Shown here: positions 35,350 through 43,322 of the stretch, piece by piece
How positions within the stretch are numbered: the stretch's first letter is position 1
How the letters are laid out: the number at the start of each line of letters is the position of its first letter
Source of the DNA: Chiloscyllium plagiosum
Lineage: Eukaryota
Assembly: GCF_004010195.1 (NCBI RefSeq)
Contig: NW_025214415.1
Location: 1 to 43,322 of the forward strand
Length of the DNA stretch: 43,322 nucleotides
Direction of reading: 5' to 3'
The notes under the pieces: generated by a model
What the model saw: the letters and a program-made list of their open reading frames with translations, nothing else
Databases searched by the model: none
Told to the model about the DNA's origin: nothing
Translations under genes and position numbers: made by a program

Positions 35350-36450
35350 CGTGAGTAGGGTAGGAAAATCCGAGAATGCAACATTGCCAGAACTGGTCAA
35401 TTAACGGTCGGTCAGCAGGGGGCGTCGTTCAATCAATGTGGGCAGAGGATGTTCCGGTTCAGAGAATGCAGCAATCACATTTAAAGGCTGTTACCTATAC
35501 TAACAAACAACAGTTCTGGAGAGACATTGGCTACTAACAAACATTTAACATCAATTAGTAAAAGATTGCTCTCTGATTCATTGAAGTTCCTGCAGGTTGC
35601 TTGGGCAAAGGAACAGTCCCTGTTCTATCAAGGCTGGAGAAGATCAATAAGTCAATATGGGCAAGTTCAAGTAGAGATTGCTGAGGTGGTGAGTACGTGT
35701 GGGGAACCTGGTTAAGTTGACAAAAAGGCGTCAGCGAGCGGACATTTTCTGGAAGGGTTACAAGGTTAAACTGAAGAACTTACATGTGGCCAGAGATGAA
35801 AGTGAAATTGAAAGCAAAACACATCACATCCAGCCATTGCCAAATTCATGGCAGCAGATTGTCCTTCCAAAAGTTCAGGGTAAGGAGGATCCAGTGTGCC
35901 CTGACAGGGTAGATCAGCTGCTGACTGCAGTAACTGGATTATGGGAAGTTGTGGGGTTTCGGGGGAGTGGGGGTTGGGGGCCTCACAGTCACTTCCCGTG
36001 ACCAACAGCAGCTCCTCATCCCGTCTGAAAATTACACCAGAGACCACGCAGCAAGCTCCTAGGTTGTCGGCACCTCTCGTCTTCAGGCAATCAGAGGAGA
36101 GCCAGAATGATCAAAACCAATGGAGAAAACAGATAGCAGCTTGACGTCACTTCAGCTGTCAGTGCAGAGGTACAGCAACATCATAGTATCCGCATTTGCA
36201 AAGAAGGTCACCTTGAAATCCTTAGATTTCACAAGTATCTACTTTGTTATTACATATCACCGTGATGTGTCGCTATTTTCAATTAATTCCGATGGGATGC
36301 ATGACAAGTCAATACCGTCAATTGCGCACCCCACTGGGAGCAGGGAGTCAGTGAACTGTCTACAGAAAGGGGCCATTGACAACAGGGCAAGTAGGGGTCG
36401 AGAAGAGCACAGATAGGTGAATTGAAGCATGACCAAGAGCATCAGGAGAT
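35350..36450 (-). pseudogene. pol: Internally deleted pol remnant
   Basis: LSCIPSEL (RT start-like); GVIFRRDEELLLVTGS...IIQLLQSAADLP (RNase H-like); TAFKC (integrase C-terminus-like). About 1.1 kb in total, with no YxDD found. Confidence 0.45.
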
Positions 36451-36529
36451 ACCTGGTCAGAGTGTTCAGGGCTGTTTGAAATTACTGCCCGCAGCATGGA
36501 ATAATGGACGTCCAGGTTCTCTAATGTGA

Positions 36530-36830
36530 GATCCTCAGAGGAACTTTGGATTCTGGCATTCAATTTACATAAGGTCTGCCGGCTCAGGAGGGCGACTGGG
36601 CAAGAGTCTGAAATAATGGCAGCATCAGTCGCAGTGGCAGGGCCAATACTGGAGTTAATGGGTTAGGAGAGTGGCTCTGTTATGGATATTCTCAAAAACC
36701 GTATAGTGCAGAGGGTATTGCAACTCAGGTAATTTTCCGAGTCGGAAGCCGCAGAAGGTTGGACAGACCCAGAATCCACCACAAAAGAAATGAGCAGCTC
36801 CCCACCACCTCCACATCCATTATCGGAATT
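36530..36830 (-). pseudogene. pro: Retroviral aspartic protease, frameshifted
   Basis: PIMDVEV / ISFVVDSGS (DSG at 36768-36776); CPVALLSRQTLCKLNARI (cf. CP.NLLGRDLL.KL). Confidence 0.85.
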
Positions 36831-36889
36831 TCAACGGGGCGTTTGAGAGACATATTGAGATCGCCTGTGTAAACTCACTCTCACGATAG

Positions 36890-38686
36890 CTGTAGTTAGT
36901 TTCTGGAGCACGGGGGAAGGGACCAGCCACAGTGTAGGCAGCCTGTTGAAGCTGCCTCTGTTGTGTGGTGGACTGCTGTCGTGCCTGAGGTGAGAGGGAG
37001 AGGGGAGATGGCCCTGGGCGACATTGCCTGGACCAGCACTGTGTCACTCAGTGTTCCAATTTCACACTGTTCCAGCACTGCCTTCTTTGAATTGCCCTAG
37101 TTTGATGTACTGGCCTGGTGGTGTTCCTAGGTTGTCGGGTTGTGCGAGCCAGTCGAATGCCCCGGTCGGTTTTGGTGTAGTGAACAGCCCATTCCCGTCC
37201 AAGTCACCACGTTAAATTAAAGTGTCCGTCCTGCTCGTCGTTCGATTGTGCAATGTGAAAACGTGAGCATATGTAAGGTCTGCACGGCAAGCTTTTCGTT
37301 CTCTGCTAATGGAATGTCGGACGAGGAGTCGCAGACCTCCCTAAAGCGGACAATGACATCGAGGAAATGCTTGGCTGCTCTGCAGACACTGGATAACAGC
37401 CCAAATTCGGCGTGCCGTCTTGCACTGGCCTTTATTGCATCCTTCACGGTGCTGTCCAGCCACTTTTTCCCAGTCTGAAGCGGTGTCTCAGGATTCGATG
37501 GGGATGTCAATAACAGGGCTAATAGTCACCGAGTGGGTCATATACACAAGCTGTAATACGGTCTGCACATCTTGGGATGGACAGTTGAAAATACAGGAAA
37601 TTTCGAGGACCCAGTTGTAGAATGGGAGGTGTCACTTCAACGGGTCTGGGGCATCTTGTAGCATGGCCCGGACCTCTGCGTGGATCCAGGTCTTATACAG
37701 GGTAGTGCACCCAATCATGATGCGGGGAAACTGACAGTTGGTGGCCTGGTAATTTCGGCAAGCACTCGGTCTTCTTGTAACTCTGGAGTTATCATTTGTT
37801 TTGGGCAGCAGTGGTGATTCATACTGCCCGGCGGCTCATGTGTCCCATCGCGGGCTTGCTGTGTAATGCATGGTTAAAAAAAAAATTGGGTACTGTGGGG
37901 CATCGGGCGGTGTGGCTGTATCTGGAATTATTTTGATCACAGTGTCGCTTGTTATTGCAGCAGTCTTTCGCCTTCGCGGCCTAATACTGCTGGGCAACCT
38001 GCCGAAACTTTGCAAGAAACTGCAGCATGTATACAGTGTCCCAGGAGGGGTCAACGTGCCCTCCTGTAATGGCCGTGGTCCAATAATCGAGCTTATCGAA
38101 TTTAAAGGACCTCCCATATGGCCAAATTCCTTGTGGATATGTGTAAAAGTCTCCTGTAAAGTGGGTAAAGTAACCGCCATCCCCTGTCTCTTTCAGCACA
38201 GTGTCTGCCACTGAACCAGGTATAACAAGAGAATCCTCTATCTTTATTTTGATTTTCACGTATTTACAGGGCGGCGTGGTTAGCACTGCTACCTCACAGC
38301 GTCAGGGTCCCAGGTTCGATTTCAGCCTTGGTCGACCGTCTGTGTGCAGTTTGCACATTCTCCCCATGTCTGCGTGGGACTCCTCTGTGTGCTCCGGTTT
38401 CCTCACACATTCACAAAGACGTGCAAGTCAGGTGAAATCGCCGTGCTAAATTGCCCATAGTGTCAGGTGCATTGGTGGGAGGTAAATGGGTCTGCACGGC
38501 TTACTCTTCCGAGGGTCGGAGTGGACTGGTTGGGTAGACGGGTCTGTTTCTACACTGTAGGGAATCGAAACTTACATGCCTCCTCAATATCGTCTTGTAC
38601 AACTTCGGTCCTGGGCCGTTCTCACCACATAGTTGGGGTTGCCCAGCTAGCACATTCCAGCAGTTGGTGGAATTCCCTGCCCCCAT
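36890..38686 (-). pseudogene. gag: Retroviral gag, disrupted and interrupted by a SINE
   Basis: ATG at 38686 in CGCCATGG context, MGAGNS (myristoylation motif); WPYGRSF matrix motif; YKTWIHAEVRAMLQDAPDP capsid start; decayed CCHC knuckle CWNSVKLEH*VTQC at ~37033-37080. Confidence 0.85.
38269..38571 (+). mobile_element. HE1-like SINE inserted in gag
   Basis: GGGCGGCGTGGTTAGCACTGCT head; TTACA flanks both sides (38264-38268 and 38572-38576), a possible target-site duplication. Confidence 0.92.
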
Positions 38687-39090
38687 GGCGTACTAGACGT
38701 CCTGCGCTGACTGCTAAGCATTGCACTTCAGTTTTCGAGGAAAGACAAAGGGAGTACTCACAGAACACACAAGTGGTGAGTGATTGACAGGTCAAGCAAT
38801 AAAGGGTTATCGCGCACCGCACTGTAAACAAACACTTGTCTGATGGACAAACACACTTAGACGAGACACCTGAAACTGACAAGACATGCCGTCAGCAACC
38901 GCAAAACAAACAGACACATCCAAAGCAAATGCTCAGAAACCACAAGACAGATAAAAAGTGAACTGGTGGAGCCCGGGTCAATTTCCTTCGAGCTGAGGAA
39001 TCTCTTAGGATTGATGCGAAAAATTTAATCAGCAGTCTCTCATTCTATTTTGCCAGGCTTCCCTTGCCCGTCCGGCTCTCCCCTGGTTGG

Positions 39091-39108
39091 ATCCGGGTTA
39101 CGGCACAA
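39091..39108 (-). promoter_or_regulatory. Primer-binding site for tRNA-His
   Basis: Minus strand TTGTGCCGTAACCCGGAT versus TGGTGCCGTGACTCGGAT (complement of the tRNA-His 3' end), 15/18; ~400 bp upstream of the gag ATG. Confidence 0.8.
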
Positions 39109-39589
39109 GCTCTGGACGTGATTGATACAATATGGACTCAATAAAGCATCCAGCAGCATCAATCAGTTCAAGAATGGGATCGGGGGTTCCAGCTCTCTTC
39201 GTGAGAATATCACTTTTCTTGGCTGTAAGATGATACCATTGTTGATCTCCAGAGATGAGCAAGATATTCCGGTGCATCCCTGGCTGACCTGAGCTTCATG
39301 TGGCTTTGATATCACTGGGGTACAAGATTACCTTTCGGCCTTTGGTTCAGCTGTGTTTATCGGGTCGAGGAAGCTTATTGGTAGATGTCTTGGGAAGTGT
39401 ATTCCCTGGTTTGTGAATAACCGTGATCATGTATAGTTTCCCTTGTCAGCCTGTTTGGTTACTGCTGAGGATTTTGGGTGTTCGTTGTATGGCTTGGACA
39501 GGCTTGATTTTCTGTGTTCTTATTGGCCATGCTGTGTGTGCAGGCAGGTTTGCATGTCATTTCCCATACTGTTGAAAAATAAACTTTCA
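39109..39589 (-). mobile_element. Putative 5' LTR of the ERV
   Basis: Immediately upstream of the PBS; starts TGAAAG on the minus strand; two CCAAT motifs. No second LTR is available to confirm the boundaries. Confidence 0.5.
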
Positions 39590-39699
39590 GATCTGCAAAG
39601 GTTGTAAATTCAAAATCTTAATTCAACATCAATCTGTTCAAATGGGGACAAATCACTCGAGGATCAATCCCAATAGCACGCAAACGACTTCAACAAAGG

Positions 39700-39888
39700 A
39701 AGAGAAGATTTGTCTTCTCTGTTTGGTGAGCGATTATCTTCACAACACCGCCTAATATCATCCGATCGACATGACACTGGAGAGACACCATTCTTCTGTT
39801 CTGTGTATGAGAAGGAATTTATTAAATCAGCAAAGCTTCAGATAAAGAAGAATGGGCACACTGTAGAGAGGCCTGCACATAGTGTGGA
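39700..39888 (+). pseudogene. Decayed C2H2 zinc-finger fragment
   Basis: RHDTGETPFFCSVYEKEFIKSAKLQ...HTVERP shows degenerate HTGEKP linkers. Confidence 0.65.
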
Positions 39889-40282
39889 NNNNNNNNNNNN
39901 NNNNNNNNNNNNNNNNNNNNNNNNNNNNNNNNNNNNNNNNNNNNNNNNNNNNNNNNNNNNNNNNNNNNNNNNNNNNNNNNNNNNNNNNNNNNNNNNNNNN
40001 NNNNNNNNNNNNNNNNNNNNNNNNNNNNNNNNNNNNNNNNNNNNNNNNNNNNNNNNNNNNNNNNNNNNNNNNNNNNNNNNNNNNNNNNNNNNNNNNNNNN
40101 NNNNNNNNNNNNNNNNNNNNNNNNNNNNNNNNNNNNNNNNNNNNNNNNNNNNNNNNNNNNNNNNNNNNNNNNNNNNNNNNNNNNNNNNNNNNNNNNNNNN
40201 NNNNNNNNNNNNNNNNNNNNNNNNNNNNNNNNNNNNNNNNNNNNNNNNNNNNNNNNNNNNNNNNNNNNNNNNNNNNNNNNNN

Positions 40283-40460
40283 TCAGTTGGCTGCTTTGTT
40301 GGCTTATAAAACAGTGTGATGCTCGCAGCGTGGTTCGAATTCCTATCAATGGTTTGAGGTTAATTTAAAAGTTGTCCTTCTCTAAATCTTCTCTGACCTG
40401 GTTAAATCACCAACAGCCCCTTCTGTCTCAAATGAAGGCAGTAGCCTTTACGGTCTGGAA
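40283..40460 (+). mobile_element. Decayed tRNA-derived SINE head
   Basis: TCAGTTGG (A box-like) and GGTTCGAATTCC (B box) with non-tRNA spacing. Confidence 0.5.
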
Positions 40461-40849
40461 AAACGGTAACAGTGCAAACAATCCAGTGAGGTCGCATGTG
40501 AATGCGATATGGTGTTATTGCATCGAGAATTGAACTGTGTTCATTCTGTCAGGCGGGGTTTACTTCATTGAATGTGTTTAATCTCTTTAATTGATCTGGT
40601 GCTTAATTGTTCAGTTTTCAATCACATCAAATTCAAAGATTCTTTTCCCCGGATTTCTGTACAATTAGAGGAGACTAGTAGATATACATTGACTGCCCTG
40701 TTCTTGATCCTCTTCTTCATTGTTAAGTGTGGATTTGTACCAAAGAATATATCGATGCATTCAGTATTTCTGAATGCTCTTCACATCGAAATGAAGACCT
40801 TGTGAAGTGTATTCACTTATATCAGAGAAACAACAATCCTACAGTGAGA

Positions 40850-41530
40850 GCATAAGATTGTGTCCTCATCAGCGTGAACATGTTTATGGGACCTCAATTA
40901 CTGGAAACTTATAAAGCATTTCCCACACTGCATCATTAAAACAAATCATTGTCACAGTGAACCCGTTGGTGTATCAGGACGATGGATGGCTTAAATGCAT
41001 CCTTTCCCCTATTCAGAACATATGAATTCACTCGTCTTTCATTAAGTTTGAGAAACGTCAGAGCAGGTGAATGGTCTCTTTCCAGTTGAACTCTCTTGTA
41101 TTTCAGCAGATTGCAGGAATCACTTAATTACTTTAAATCGCAATGGACGAATGGTCTCATACGAATGGTATGAACTCACTGGTGTCTCAGCAGACTGAAT
41201 GACTGACTGAATGCTTTCCCATTCTTAGAACAGGCGAACAGTCTCTGTCCACTGGGTTCGCAGATGTAAAGTGAGATCAAGTGACGGCCTGAACCCACTC
41301 CCTCTGTGAGAACACGTGAATGATTTCTCATCAACGTGAACACATTGATGGTACAGCAGTTCGTGAGAACTTTTGAAGCCTTTTCCATACTCTGGACAAT
41401 TAAATGGTTTCTTCTCCGTGTGAACCCACTGGTGAGTCAGCAAGTTAGAAAACTGAGTAAATCCCTTTTCACTCTCAGAACAGTTGAATGGCTTTTCCCC
41501 GGTGTGGTTGCACTGATGAATGTTCAGTAC
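40850..41530 (-). pseudogene. C2H2 zinc-finger array pseudogene
   Basis: LLTHQWVHTEKKPFNCPEYGKGFKSSHELLYHQCVH; FACSKNGKAFSQSFSLLRHQ; further decayed fingers with stops and frameshifts. Confidence 0.9.
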
Positions 41531-42329
41531 AGATAAGTAATTGAATCGTCACCACATTACCGCAGCTTCTCTTCAGCGCCCCTTCAATTATGTCTCGATA
41601 GTTCAGATAGTGAATGCTTTCACTCCACTGTGAATGTAACATTCAGCTTTCATTTTCAAAGGCCGGTGAGGATCAGGCTACATGGAACAAAGCAACTCCA
41701 TCAAATTCTGATGTGATGCTTCGTTTCAGTTTCCCAACAGCAAATCCTCATCTTTGATACCCCTCAAATAAAACCAGATATATCTCAGTAAGAGAGAACT
41801 CCTCAAAACACCAAAGCATATGATTTTCATTCTTCGTCGGATATGGGTATTCCAGAACAGGTCAGCATTTGTTGTTCATTCCTGATTTGACTGGACAAGG
41901 TGATGATGAGCTGCCTTCTTGAACCATCGTTTCCGTGTGCTGGAGGGAATGAAATCCACAATTTTGACCCAGTGATTCTGGAGGAACGGCAATATATTTC
42001 CAGAGCAGGATGGTAACTGGGTTGTAGGTCTTTCCTATCTATCTACTACCCTTTTCCTTTTAGATGGATGTAGTTGTGAGTTTGTAATGTACTGTTTAAG
42101 GGGCCTTGGTGAATATCTGCAGTGCATCTTGTGGATGGTGTAGACTGCATGTCTGAGTGTTTGCCTGTTCCATGTCAAGGCTATTCCCCATATCTCATAA
42201 GTAAATGCCCCTTCTTATCCACGGAAGTGTCAACGTTTACTTTTGCCACTCTTTTTCATTTTATATTTTAATGGAAACTTCTGCTATCGATCTTTATATT
42301 CTGTGCTAATTTTTAATGCCATGTTCTTT

Positions 42330-42770
42330 CTCACATTTTTTTGCATTAAATTCCATTTGCCAACTCTCAGCCCAGCTCTGCAGCATACCTGTGTCCCTAT
42401 GTAACCTACAATATCATTCAGCACTATGCACAACTGTACTGAACTTAGTGTCGTCCGCAAATTTACGAACCCACCCTTCTACGTCCCCATCCAGGTCGTT
42501 TATAAAAAAATGAGAAAAAGCACTGAACCCAAAACAGATAGTTGCAGTACACCAAAAGCAACTGAATTCCAGGATGACGTTTTCCCATCAAGTAACACCC
42601 TCTGTCTTCTTTCAGCTGGCTAATTTCTGATGCAAAGCACGAAATCCTCCTCAAGCCCATACTTCAGTATTTTGTGCAGTCACCTACCATGGCGAAATTT
42701 ATCAAACTGCTAACTGAACTCCAAACGTGCAATACATGAACCGCTTTATCCTCATCTATCTGTTTAGTCA
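42330..42770 (-). mobile_element. CR1 RT fragment (decayed)
   Basis: Antisense text (NSICQLSAQLCS, LVSSANL) matches the antisense of the CR1 KFADD region; GTCGTCCGCAAATTT encodes KFADD on the minus strand. Confidence 0.85.
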
Positions 42771-42774
42771 GCTG

Positions 42775-43250
42775 GCGAGCTTTGACAAGATTTATAGCTC
42801 AGGTTTAGCTTCCACACGAAGATTTTGTCGCTGAGTTGAAAGGCTCATTTCCAGACGTTTCGTTACCCTCCTGGGTAACATCTTCAGTGGGCCTTCGGGC
42901 GACGTCCTGTTCATGAGTCCTGCTTTCTATTGACATGTTTGGGGTTCATTGAGTTGGTCATGTGATATCATTTCCTGTTCTTTTCCTCAGGGGGTTGTAA
43001 ATGGGGTCTACCTGCATGTGCTTTTGATAGATTTCCGGTTAGAATGCCATGCTTCTCGGAATTCTCGTGTCTGTCTCTGTTTCACTTGTGCTCGGATGGA
43101 ATGCGTTGTCCAAGTCAAAGTGGTGCCTTTCCTTATCTATATGGAAAGATACCAGTGAGAGAGGGTCACGTCGTTTTGTGGCTAGTTGATGTTCATGTAT
43201 CCAGATGGCTCGTTTTTTGCCTATTTGCCCATATGCAAAAAGTGATGACA
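42775..43250 (-). mobile_element. Penelope-like element 3' end (GIY-YIG endonuclease plus pLTR)
   Basis: YGQIGKKRAIWIHEHQLATKRRDPLSLVSFHIDKERHHFD (YIGQTGR.L..RI.EH type), followed by a pLTR with a hammerhead. Confidence 0.9.
42851..42890 (-). ncRNA. Minimal type I hammerhead ribozyme
   Basis: CCA-CTGAAGA-T-GTTACCC-AGGA-GGGTAAC-GAAAC-GTC-TGG: intact CUGAnGA and GAAA core, perfect 7-bp helix II, GUC cleavage triplet, CCA/TGG helix I. Confidence 0.85.
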
Positions 43251-43322
43251 TTTACGAAATACCGTGCAAGAACAGTAATAAAGACTACATTCGACAAACA
43301 CTACAGTCGACTGAGACAGCAC

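Larger units (their letters stand above)
33366..39589 (-). mobile_element. Endogenous retrovirus (class I, gamma/epsilon-like), defective, 3' end lost in a gap
   Basis: Minus-strand order: putative LTR, tRNA-His PBS, GT-rich leader, gag (MA, CA, NC), protease, short pol remnant, env-side region. Confidence 0.88.

Noticed and set aside
38964..38977. TGGTGGAGCCCGGG on the + strand resembling a tRNA-Ala PBS
   Set aside because: Wrong strand for the provirus and only about 8 nt match; the His PBS at 39091-39108 fits position and orientation.
39222..39240. Minus-strand CA-A-TGGTATCA as an alternative LTR end and PBS
   Set aside because: The match to a tRNA 3' end does not extend beyond about 8 nt.

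Overview
Repeat-dense eukaryotic scaffold with seven N-gaps. The repeat families (HE1-like tRNA SINEs, CR1 LINEs, Penelope and Rex1/Babar elements) point to a cartilaginous fish, which is an inference. I found no intact protein-coding gene and no prokaryotic features. Main contents: (1) a near full-length decayed CR1 LINE at 1.1-4.4 kb; (2) a 'graveyard' of at least seven decayed tRNA genes (His, Ser x2, Asn x2, Glu, Gly) across 5.9-18.7 kb, partly inside an old segmental duplication; (3) Gypsy, CR1, Rex1/Babar and Penelope remnants, one Penelope copy keeping an intact minimal hammerhead ribozyme core; (4) a minus-strand gamma/epsilon-like endogenous retrovirus at about 33.4-39.6 kb with a tRNA-His primer-binding site, gag, protease and a strongly deleted pol, whose env-side region appears to encode two decayed Ig V-set-like domains; (5) decayed C2H2 zinc-finger arrays at 39.7-41.5 kb. 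The Ig-bearing ERV is the most unusual element. All protein calls come from reading degenerate motifs by eye and need HMM or BLAST confirmation. Boundaries of decayed elements are approximate.
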